From assembly GCA_039621445.1 (NCBI GenBank), contig CP154954.1, positions 25,246,954 to 25,310,953 on the forward strand: a stretch of DNA of 64,000 bases. The letters are read 5' to 3'. The DNA comes from Euglena gracilis. Taxonomy: Eukaryota. Below the pieces are notes generated by a model. The model saw only the letters and a list, made by a program, of their open reading frames with translations. It ran no database searches and had not been told where the DNA came from. Every line of letters starts with the position of its first letter. The first letter of the stretch is position 1. Position numbers and translations under genes: made by a program. Positions 1-10,297 of this stretch are shown here, piece by piece.

Positions 1-25
1 CACACCACACCCCCCCACACACACA

Positions 26-64
<39 letters not shown>

Positions 65-156
65 TATATATATAATATCTATATATCTCTATATCTATAT
101 CTATTATATCTATATATATTATATCTCTCTATCTATATCTCTCTCTTCTATATACA
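1..156. repeat. (CA)n/(TA)n/(TC)n microsatellite
   Basis: Directly visible low-complexity dinucleotide tract. Confidence 0.95.
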
Positions 157-158
157 TG

Positions 159-1405
159 CACTCAGTTGTGAAAGTCTTCCAACCCCTGGTGTGTCAAAAG
201 CCTTCACACCCCCAATTTTTTTTGGAGAACTTAAACAGGGGTTCAGTTCACCCCGGTACCTCCCCCCCCTTGTCCAACGACCGGGCTTGTCAAACGACCC
301 CCCCGGTCAGAGACGATAATTTTGTATACGATGTTGGTTCGTCCAAAATTGCTAAAAATTGGCTAAAAACAGTCAAAAATAACCCAAATGGTCTAAAATG
401 GCCGAGGGATGGCCAAAGGTGCCCAAAAAGTTGCCAAAAAAAAGCAAAAATAAGGCAAATATGGCCAAAAGTAACCAAAAACAGCCTAAAGTGGCCAAAG
501 ATGGGCAAAGGGGGCCAAAGTGTGGCCAACAGTTGCCAAAAGTGGCCAAAAGCGACCAAACATGGCGAAAAGTGGTCAAAAATGCCTAAAAATTCCCAAA
601 AGCGCCCCAAAAACGTCCAAAAATGGCCAAAAGTGGCCAACTGTAGTCAAGAAATAGCATAAATGGCCAAAAACAGCCCCAAAATATACCATATACCCCA
701 TCTATGGTAAATTCTCCTCCGATTTGGGGGCCACCCCGCTTGTCTAACGACCACCCACCAATGGTCGGAGACGAACATTAGCCATTTTAGCGACCGCCCC
801 CCCCCCCCGCGGTCAGAGACGAACATTAGTGGTCGTTGGACAAGGGGGGGGGGGGAGGTATCTCAAAAGCCGCACATAAGAATGCTTGCACAGGGGACAT
901 GTGATGCTGCTGGGTGTGAGCAACGTTGCCCATGGTCCCTGAATGGAAGGCACAATGAAGTCACACACCAGGTGCCAGCAGCAAAAACACACGACAATTA
1001 CGGCACACGACTGATTACTCTTTAGGAAAGAGATAGCAAATTAAACAGAATGATTCAGTACAATTTTTGTTGTGAAGGTAAGGCGTGTAGTGGATCGTAG
1101 GGACCGAACAATTTTTTCCCCCATCCAACTGACTAATTATCCCGAAGGGCGATCAGCTGTGTGCGATGTTTTTGCTGCTGGCACCTGGTGAGTGGCTTCA
1201 TTGCACCTTCCGTTCAGCGACCATGGGCAACGTTGCACACACCCAGCAGCATCACATGTCCCCTGTGCAAGCATTCTTATGTGCGGCTTTTGACATACCG
1301 GGGTGAACTGAACCCCTGTTTAAGTTCTCCAAAAAAGTTTGCAAAAAATTGGGGGTGTGAAGACTTTTGACACGCCAGGGGTATGAAGATTTTTGCAACT
1401 GAGTG
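159..1405. mobile_element. Foldback-type non-autonomous DNA transposon with ~240-bp inverted arms, inserted in a TA microsatellite
   Basis: Left arm (159-258 plus 861-~995, starting CACTCAGTTG) is the reverse complement of the right arm (~1160-1405, ending CAACTGAGTG). TA-rich tracts flank both sides. Confidence 0.85.
259..858. mobile_element. TA-TSD MITE with poly-C-initiated TIRs (Tc1/mariner-like), nested in the foldback arm
   Basis: TA|CCTCCCCCCCCTTGTCCAACGACC...GGTCGTTGGACAAG(G)nAGG|TA. The empty site CCCCGG-TA-TGTCAAAAG is preserved in the opposite arm (~1282-1305). Interior is degenerate GGCCAAAA repeats. Confidence 0.9.
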
Positions 1406-1515
1406 TGTATATATACATACACACACATATATATTTTTATATATGTATAACATATGTATACATGTGTGTATGCATATACATATGTGTGTATATATGCATT
1501 TGTATATATGTATAA
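1406..1515. repeat. (TA)/(TG)/(CA) microsatellite
   Basis: Directly visible. Confidence 0.95.
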
Positions 1516-1571
1516 ATGAAAACGGCAAAGATGAGAGCAGCAGAGGTGGGTTCTTCCCTTTATTTTTTCCA

Positions 1572-1710
1572 CCCGCCCCCCCCCCCTAGTCGTACGACCA
1601 CCCCTCATTTACGACCACCCCCCGGTCACAGGTTGCAGGTCATGGGGGTGTTACGACCCCCCCCCGGTCACAGGTTGCAGGAACCCGGTCATACGACAAG
1701 GGGGGGCGGG
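1572..1710. mobile_element. Poly-C-TIR MITE, short derivative of the element at 55888-56298
   Basis: (C)nTAGTCGTACGACC...GGTCATACGACAAG(G)n|TA. Internal CCGGTCACAGGTTGCAGG repeats are shared with 55888-56298. Confidence 0.8.
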
Positions 1711-2873
1711 TACCAGACGTTGCACGTCGGAAGACGTACAGACCCCCCCCCCCAACGATGGTTCACGGGTTGTAGGGTGTGGTCAGTTGACAAACTGTTA
1801 TGTCGTACAATTTGTCAGTCTACAAACTGTTCTGCCGTACCCTGCAGCTCCACTTATCCCACAGAGCCGCGTTGTGAATGGCCTTGCCAACGAGTTTCCT
1901 GCTGCATCTGATATGTGAGTCTGATTTAGACTTTTGTGCAATCCACAAACCCAGTGGTAGGACCGTCAAATTGCTTGATCAGAGGGGTCCAGGGCCAACT
2001 GTGAATCCCAGGAACTGTATGGGTGGTGGTGGGGGTGTTGACACCCGTAGCACAGGGGTGGGTGCTATGGGCAGGCAGGGGGTAGGGCATTTTCGACCTC
2101 CCCGGGAGGTCAGGTTTTGGGGTGGATAGTGCTATAGCACACACCCCGGCGCCTTTGGCGCTGGGCCCGGAAATGGTCATTTTCAAGTCACAGGCTCCGT
2201 CACCGGGGCCCAAAACTGACTCGCCGGGTGGTGGGGGGGGGGGGGCTGATGTGGTCAGGCCTCCCATTGTACAAGGCACCCCCAGGGTTGGTAAAAAAAA
2301 ACCTGCCCTGGGGGTGACACCTCTTGCTCTGGAGTTCCAAGGCCAAGGACAACCGTGGTTGAAGTGTGCCACTCAAAAAGGACGGAATGCAAGAAAAGTT
2401 CGGGAATGCGCAAAGAGGTCTGCACCCACAGTTATACCGACAGCCTCCCCCAAAATGCAACCCCGCTGTGTACATGGTATGAAATGAATTTTTATTTGAT
2501 TTGAGCCTTAGCGATGAGAATGTCAGGTCCAAATGAAAAGATAAACCTTAACACCACCTACACTCTGCTCCTAAGCAGCCTCCGACAATTTTTGCTTGGG
2601 GGGTGGCAATTGATGCGGGTGGGGGGTAATTTGTCCACTCAATTTTTTTTCAAACTTTAAGGTCTAGAAAAACCGCCACAATTTTGCGTCATCTCTTTTC
2701 CATCTATTTCCAGCTCAAATTTGAATAATCATCCTCAAAATATTGTGCAAATCAACTTTCTCAAAAATATTCCTTTGGGGTCGGACCCCCATCCACAAGA
2801 ATTGCACACTTCCTTAAAATGAAGCCAGCACAAATTAAAGCTCGGGCATGATGGGGGTGCCCAATAAAGCTTA

Positions 2874-3058
2874 CCTCCCCCCCCCCCCTTGTCGTTGACA
2901 CGGCATGTCGTTGACACACCCCCTGTGCCAACGACACTTTTCTGGAACACTACCTATTGAAGCACAGTGACATTGACATGGCGTGTCGTTGACACACCCC
3001 CCCGTGCCAACGGCACTCTCCTGAACATTGGCGTGTCAACGACAAGGGGGGGGGGAGG
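2874..3058. mobile_element. TA-TSD MITE with poly-C TIRs
   Basis: TA|CCT(C)nTTGTCGTTGACAC...GTGTCAACGACAA(G)nAGG|TA, with an internal direct repeat TGTCGTTGACACACCCCC. Confidence 0.9.
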
Positions 3059-4729
3059 TAGGGGAAAAATGATGATGAAAAAAATTGAATGACATGACGA
3101 TTCCGGATCTTTTTTTCCCAAACTTTGCTCAAATATCCATTCAACACCATTGCCATTTCCCAGCCCAATACATAGACAGAGGTTGGATAGTGGCTTGCTT
3201 TCTGGCAATCACCCAGAAAGAAGGCCGGCCAGTTGTGCCTCCTCCAGAACTGTCCCGGGAGGCCTGGTGGGGGTCCCCTCCCCACCCAGGACGCGGACGA
3301 TGGCCAGACCACCCCACGGTGGCACTGCGCAATCTAAAGCCCCTTCTGCACCAAAGGTGTGGATGGGGAATTTTCACCTAAAACCCCCTCCCCAGGAAAA
3401 AAAGAAAGAGCCCCCCCCCCCCTGAGGGGGCCCATCCAGCCAGCCAGCTCCCTTTTGTTTCCCAGCCAGTGGCTCCCAGGCTGGCTGTGGAGCCCCCCCC
3501 CCCAGAATCCGCTGGAATGCAGTTGGAGGCATAGCACAGGGCTGGACCGAAAATGTTGAGAAGGGGGTCAAGATAGCCAAAAATGGTGTATTTCAGAGTT
3601 GGGGCTTTGCAAATTACCTCCCCCCTCGGGCGCTTGGCTCCCGTCCTCCTTTCATACAACTTTGCCCCCCCCCCCCCAAATTGGCCTTCGGCCTTTTGCC
3701 TATGGCCGCCAGAATTCTTAACATGCAAACTTGGCCTCCATTACCCCCCACCCCCTCCCACCCTCAGGGTCCAACCAACACTTCCAGCCGGCCTGCTGGA
3801 CCAGGGGGTATTATGTTTTATGTTTTAAGGTGCAATTTTTTTAAAAACATTTTTACGTCTATTTTTATGTCTATTTTTAACGTTTTTTTTGCATCTATTT
3901 TCAAGGGAAGTCCAAGGCCATCATCCCAGCATCGAACGGGATCCAAAATCAAAGGAGTCTAAAGCCTCATTTTTTGTCGAGTTTGGGTGTATAGAGAATG
4001 TTCCTGTGATGTGAAAAATCATTTTTTTCTCCGAATTGTCTTGTTTTTGCCGAGATTTTGATGGTGACTTCATTTTCGGATCGAATTTCAAAAACAAAAG
4101 GATTTTTCAATTTTTTTTGAAAGGGGCTTATAGGCAATTTGCCAAAAATTTTGAAACATTTTTTGAGGTTTTTAATATTTTAATATTTTTTAAGGCGCAT
4201 TGGAAACCGCCTGGGCTGGACCCCCACCCCCCGGGGTCCCCAAGAAATCCCCTGATTCGGGTCCAGCCCAAATGATTGAACCAGAAAGCGGCGTTTGAAA
4301 GTTGGGTTTTTTTTTTGAGCATAGTGGGTGGGTTCATTTACCCCTGCCCCACGACCCTCTGGTGCTCCACAGGCCACTGGATCCACATCGCACCCACAAG
4401 CCAAATGCCGGCGCATGACCGGCGTTCTTTCCCCTCTCCACGTGATGCCCACCGGCTTAGACGACCCCCGCACCTTTTTATATTCCGGATTTTTTTTTGC
4501 TCATCTTGCCCGGGGGGGGGGGAGCAAAGGATATGCCGACCAACCCTGTTTGGGCCTCCTGTAGGTGGGGTTCTGACGAATCCCGACACATCCCGGCAAA
4601 TCCCGACAACAGCTCCATCATTTTTGCAACAGAGATGAAATTGCCCAAAGAAGGTTGTTTGATCGGTCATTGGTTTACACAACCTGGTTTTTTTTTGGCT
4701 ATGATTTTATTTGGTGACTCTTCTTTTGG

Positions 4730-5915
4730 GGAAAGGTATGGCTTGAAGTCACCCATGTGAACATCCTCGATCCTGTTGGGCAGTGCCACCTTATACCGGC
4801 CACTGATACCAATGTGTTCGACAATTTGAGTTCTCTTTTATTTGGTGACTGATTCTTTTCAAAGTTTTTTTTTGAAAATGAGAGTTTAATGTTTTTTTTT
4901 TCAGTATTTTGGCACAAGAACACCCCACATCATTGCTCTTATTCATCGATATGGGTTTGACCAAAGTCGCCAGTTTTTCTGCTTTTTTTTGTAGGTTTTG
5001 TTTGATTAATACCCCCTCCCCCTTGTCCTTGGCAACTGCAGTTCTATGACACCCCCCCATGTCAATCACAATCACATTTTCCCTGTATTTTGGCAGGTCA
5101 AGGACAAGGACGGGGGGGGGGGGATGTACAAGGCCTCAGAAAGAAGCTTGGCAGAAGTGTTTGAAATCATCAGTTCGATGGAACTGCTTTAGAACTGCTT
5201 GGAATCCTCCAATTGTTTTGGGGCTTCGTTGCACCTTCGCTGTTCTCCAGCCCTTAAGCTACTCGCTTTCCCTACCACATGGGAAACGTGCGGTAAAAGT
5301 GTAGGGGGTAGGGGGGCGGCGGCTTTCTCTTTACCCCTGGAGTAGGAAACGGTGTTTTCGGTTGTTGAAAACGTTGTGGCAAGGCGGGGGGACGTCTGGG
5401 GAGACGGATCGGGGGAAAAATTAGGTGGTGAAGGTTGTGTGCATGCAGTAGTATGCAAACCAAGGGAGGGGCAATCCACAACCAGGCGGTTCTGACGCAA
5501 GAATGGAAAACCCAAAATTACATCAGAGCCGCGGACACCCGATTCGTAACTCCAGGTACCCAGAAAATTTTGTATTTGTCGGGGTTGTGGGTGGTGCTTG
5601 GGGATGATAGGGAGGAGTATGTCCAAAAAAGCATCCCAAGAAACCACCGCACATGGGGCTGTTGCCAGCAGTCATGATTTTGATGAGGTATTTGGTTTTC
5701 ACCAAGAGGGAGTTGGGAATTACTCCTGTTCGAAAGAGAAGGGGAATGCGACACCCTGTGTCGGCCAAAACTTTGCATTTGGTTGAAAATTTTTGTGTTC
5801 GGATTTCCGCCTGGACCAAAAGTTCCATTGGGAGTACGCAAAGGGCAGGATCTCGCGTAAGCCCAATGCTCTCTCGCGTCTTCCGAACATGGAGGGGAAG
5901 GGCATCAGCAGGCAT
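4730..5915 (-). pseudogene. Decayed Ty3/Gypsy-like LTR retrotransposon pol fragments (aspartic protease; integrase C-terminal region)
   Basis: Minus strand encodes KCKVLADTGCRIP (retropepsin D-T-G motif, ~5745-5780). After a frameshift comes SDVILGFPFLRQNRLVVD (typical second retropepsin motif, ~5470-5530). 4730-4828 encodes QIVEHIGISGRYKVALPNRIEDVHMGDFKPYL, resembling the post-GPY/F integrase tail. No RT core or LTR pair was found. Confidence 0.7.
5012..5126. mobile_element. Small poly-C-TIR MITE
   Basis: TA|CCCCCTCCCCCTTGTCCTTG...CAAGGACAAGGAC(G)n..TA. The ends are degenerate. Confidence 0.55.
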
Positions 5916-7288
5916 CTCTTTATGGTTTTGCAGACCCGCAGAGAGGGTTGCCAGAAAGGTGCAGCGCTCTTGGTGCCTCCGATGCTCCGGTGCCCAAAAG
6001 TCATTCAGAAGGGAATTTCGTCTGGTTGGGACTCAGCCCGGATATAAACCAGACCCCCCAGGTATGTCGGCCGCTCTTAACGTGAGGGGTTCTTAAAGCG
6101 CCCGCGCCAATGTTTTGCGTTGATGACCCTGATGCCAGCAACGAGCCCAGCAACTGCTTAGCGGGTCACGGGTGGCACGCTGCGCTGTCCCTCCGCTGCC
6201 TGTGAGACCGTGAGAGGTGGTTGGCCTGCGCTGACCCCTGCTGTGACAGCAGGACACTGTGGTGCAGCTGCCTCTCGAGCTCAAGACGCATCGCGTGCAG
6301 GTTTCTCTATTTGATCGGTATTCTTTCCGGGGCGTCATGTTATGTCGCAAGGTGGCTATTCTGGATGGGGACAGGAATAGCTGATGGCGAAGTTCAAACT
6401 GGTCCGCAGTGAATTCCCTGCGATCCATGGCCATGTATTCATTTAACACCTGCGTGACCCCTCCGGGGGGATTTCGCGAGTAGGTGGGTGAGTGGGTCGC
6501 TGGACCCCCTCCCTGGGGCGTGCCTTGATCCTTGGGCAGGATTCTTTTTTGGGAAGTTTGCACCCCGAGGCAGGCAGGAGGGTAGGGCATCAACCCCTGG
6601 GGGCGGTTGAGTTTTGGGCGTGGGTGGTGCTATAGCACACCCACTGAAATTGGCTTGGTTGGCAGGCATCGGGCCCAAAACTCCTCGGGGGGGGGGTGCC
6701 TGCTTTGGGCAGACACCCCATATCACAAGGCATTCCCTTCCCCGCATATGGTATAAAGTGGAGCCCACACAGTTAAGTGTGGGGTGCTGTGGGGGGGTAT
6801 GCTCATTTGAATGAGGCTGAAAGCCGAATAAGTCAAAAAATGATGCAAAATTGTGATGAAAATTGTATTGTGGGGGGTGTGGAGGTAGTGTGGGGGGGTG
6901 TTTGGTGGGTGAGTGAGAGAGCGTCCCTCTCTCCGTGTCATCTTCAGTCTGACAACCCCCGGTCAAGTGACATCGCAGCGTCACCCTTCCGGGACCGGTT
7001 GGTTGGCCTGACACGTTGGTCTTTTCGGACTCGACTCCACAGCCCTCCCTGCATGGGTAGCAGGGGCGCCCGAGTGACCACACACTCGAAGGCTTGTGGG
7101 TGTCTGGCAGGCCCTTCCGGGGCCATGTTCCAGGACACTCATGGGTGTATGGGACTGTGGAGTTGTGGGGTACTGTGGCTAGCATGACCAGCAACCGATT
7201 TTTTCCCTTTCTTTGAACGTTCTCCCCTGAAAATGCCTTTCAATCCAGGATTAATTTCCCTATTCCGATAAATTGTTGATGAATTCAC

Positions 7289-7401
7289 CGGTCGGAGAGA
7301 ATGGGGCGTTGAAGTTGCCGCTGCTTTTAACAGGAAACTCGTGAAATTTGGTGAGTTGGATCTCTTCTGCAACCTCGGGACGAAATATTTCCATAATTTC
7401 T
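7289..7401 (-). other. Possible isolated exon or pseudo-exon
   Basis: Flanked on the minus strand by TCGTCCTCAG| and |GTGAAT. Open as EIMEIFRPEVAEEIQLTKFHEFPVKSSGNFNAPFSPT. No recognisable homology. Confidence 0.3.
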
Positions 7402-7508
7402 CTGAGGACGAAATGAAACAAGCATTGAAACATAGGGCCGTCTTTTTTTGTTTTAGAAATTTCCATCGCATCACATTCAACAATCCTCCAGAGAAAGCAT
7501 CAAATATG

Positions 7509-7699
7509 CCCTCCCCCCCCCCCCGGCTTGGCCCCCCTCCTCCTAACATGCAAATTTGGTCCCCTAGGCCAGGCGGCCAACCTTAGGGGGTGGTCAAATT
7601 TGAATGTTAAGGATTTCAGCGGCCATGTGCAAAAGCTAAAGGTCAACTTTAGGCTTTACTTTCAATCATGGCCCTGGCCAAGCGCACGGGGGGGGGGGG
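7509..7699. mobile_element. Poly-C-TIR MITE (related left end at ~3617)
   Basis: (C)nGGCTTGGCC...GGCCAAGCGCAC(G)n|TA. A similar left end TA|CCTCCCCCCTCGGGCGCTTGGC lies at 3615-3640, and the motif AACATGCAAA(T/C)TTGG is shared. Confidence 0.6.
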
Positions 7700-8049
7700 T
7701 AAATGCCCTTTGTTAAGGGGAAATTTTTTTCTGTTATCCTTCCGCCCAATGCATCAAAACAAACACTTCCCCACCCCAAGCAAGGCTGGACGGGAATCCC
7801 CGCAACGTTATGGGTGGTGGGTCGGGGGGGGTCGACGTTCGTGGGGGTAAGAGGGGTCCCCCCCACCAGGCCTTCCCGTATTCTCGGTGCCGCCAGTTTT
7901 TAGGTCAAAAATTCCTTTCGGCGCCTTGGTGCCAAAGGAATTTTCTTTGAACGGGTGCCACGGTGGGCAGGAGTCGACCCCCCCCACCGTGGTCTTCCCG
8001 TACCGCCCTGCCCCCAGGGCTACGCCGTGCAGTTCATCTTCCCCTGACC

Positions 8050-8470
8050 CTCCCTCAAGAGGCAGCCGATGGGCTGCACCCCCTCGTGCCCCAGCCCCCC
8101 GGCCGGGCCCAACGGCCCCACGCGGTCCCGCCTCCCAACCCGGCGGAACAATGAGGGAGGCGCCCAGGGACCGGAGGAGGGCGGAGGCCGGTGGGGGCGA
8201 CGGTCCCGGAGGAAGCCGGGCGACCCCGTGGGGGACCGGCGTGGTTGACGCTGTGGTTTGATCCGGTTCAGGACAGCGGCCAGGCCCCGCCCTCCTGGCG
8301 CGCCGTCCACTGACCGCCTCGGCCTCGGTCCCTGGCTACAGCTCCGGCTACCTCGCCCGTTGCCGGCGCGCCGCCGCCCGGAATGGGCGATCAAAAATGA
8401 GCGCCGCACCGTCTCGTTCGATGGCTTGGAGCAGGTGGAGGAGGAGCCCTCTCCCGGCCAGACATTCGGT
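8050..8470. repeat. GC-rich dispersed repeat (copies at ~20690-21120 and ~57010-57460)
   Basis: Shared blocks GAGGCA(G/T)CC(G/A)ATGGGCTGC and GTTCGA..GGCT.G.GC.GGTGG....GGAGCCCTCTCCC.GCCAG in all three copies. Confidence 0.8.
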
Positions 8471-8579
8471 CCCCAATGGGCATCCTCCCCCGATACAATT
8501 TGGATTCCCTCCCCCACAGTTTGCAAACAGTTTTCCTTGGTGAAAAGCTGTTTTGTTGAAGGTCGATCGCTGTTGCGAG

Positions 8580-9028
8580 CAGGCTTATATTTAAGGGATT
8601 GCAGTACCCACCCCCCCGGGGGGGGGCTGGACTGCAGCTAGTCCAAACTTGGCTAGTGGGATTTCTAGCAGACCCCTCCGGGGGGGGGGGGGGTCTGCTA
8701 GCAGGGCTAGCTGGTGGAATTTTTTTTTCCAGTGACTGGCGCGAAGCATCAGAAAAAATTTTGGGACCCCAAAAAATGACCAAAACTGCCCTTTTTTGGC
8801 GATTCTTGGGAAGTTTTGGAACAAAATCAGCCAAAAACCTATTGAAAACCTCATTTCCACCTCGGCACGCAGTGCCGGAGGAAAAATTTTTTTCCAGTGG
8901 GGGGGACCCCCGGACCCCCCTCCCCCCCGGGGGGGGGGAGGGGGGGTCTAGCTAGTCCAATTTTTCCGGTGTCTAGCCGATTGGCTAGCCAGCACCCCCC
9001 CCCCCGGGGGTCTTTAAGCAAAAGCCTG
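8580..9028. mobile_element. hAT-type MITE, family A
   Basis: TIRs CAGGCTTATATTTAAG / TTTAAGCAAAAGCCTG. Perfect 8-bp TSD GTTGCGAG (8572-8579, 9029-9036). Body homologous to 19169-19600. Confidence 0.92.
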
Positions 9029-9178
9029 GTTGCGAGGTTGGTTGCCAAAAGCACAGGCTCGCACTCAAGCCCCCATGTGTGGAAGCAGCTTCATGCTGCC
9101 AGCATTGTTCGGAGCCCCTCCCCCCCCTCAGCATCCCGATGTTCCAGCTCCACCGACCCACTCCGTCAAGCCGCCAAG

Positions 9179-10297
9179 ATGGCCGCCCCTAGGCTGCCCG
9201 CTCCCTCAACACCCTGGTCCCTCAGCCGGCGGCTCCGGAACCGGCGACAACATGCGCTGCACGGGAATTCGGCTTCCCCGCAACGACGCACACTGGCGGC
9301 GGCGGTACGACTAGAACCGCGACAGCTACGGGACCTTCAACTTGTTGGTACATTGCGTGCCGCCGGCTGGGGGCTTCCCCCAGCTGTCGCCCCGGACGTC
9401 CCCATCCGCGTCTACGACACGCGGTTGAACCCTAAATTGCTGCGCGCGTTGGCCCCGGACCTGGTCTCTGACCAAGTGGTGGACCTGCACGGTGTGCGCC
9501 TCGTGGGCGGTGATTTCCTCTCCGGTGTGGATATCTCGGACACTGCCGCCTTGCAGACCAAGGAGGTGCAGCCTTGGGGTCCGGGTGGTCCCCATCTGCA
9601 TATCATACCCCCGCGCCCACATCTGGAGCGGTGGGTGGAACGGGTGCACCTTCAGCTCCCGTTTGAGGATCCGGCGACGGTCATCTCGATCCTGGCCGTG
9701 GTCGACCGGCATCGTTGCCCAGCCCAGTTGGATGGAGACGCTGTCCGTCGGCTTCTCCCCCAAGGAGCCCTGCTCTTTGATGATTCGTCCCTCGCGGTAG
9801 ATCGGTAGATGTCCTCGCTGTGGGCCAGCGCGCCCCGGTGATCCGCGTACCGGCAGACGCCAAGCAATTACCGCCACCAAGCTGGGAGTCAGCTTTCCTC
9901 CCGCGGAACAAGGTCCTCGTCGCCAAGCGAGTGCGTCGGGCTGGGCCGGAGCATCTTCCCCTTCACGGCTCTTGGATCCGTGGCCAAGGATCCAATCAGG
10001 GTCAGGCCATCCCTGACCCTGATACCTCGCCACTTGAGTTGCTGTGGGTGGAATATGTGGCCTCCCCGCTTGTCCGGCGCAGCCCTGCTGAGCTAGGATG
10101 AGAGGATGGCAGCTGCTCTACAGGACCTGCCGCCCTTGGCCGTCGCGCGACCCGTCACTCCACCGGACACCATCATGAGGGACGCCGAAGATGACGCGCG
10201 TGGCTGTGCCCGTGATGCGGGTGAGGCCACCCCCAAGAAGCCAGCAGCCAGGAAGCTCTTGCGCGCCGCCTCGGTGGAGCGCGGGCGCAATGTCTAG
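9179..10297 (+). pseudogene. ORF1 of the non-LTR element (disrupted)
   Basis: ATG at 9179 (MAAPRLP...), with coding-like segments in several frames ending at TAG 10295-10297, which overlaps the ORF2 start. No domain recognised. Confidence 0.6.

Noticed and set aside
156-662. ORFs with repeated KWPKVAK-like units (also K/F-rich ORFs at 46725-47410)
   Set aside because: They are translations of degenerate short tandem repeats inside MITEs, open in several frames and on both strands.
9077-9180. Possible HDV-like ribozyme at the LINE 5' end, as in L1Tc or R2
   Set aside because: I could not identify the nested double-pseudoknot pairings by eye; this needs a covariance-model search.
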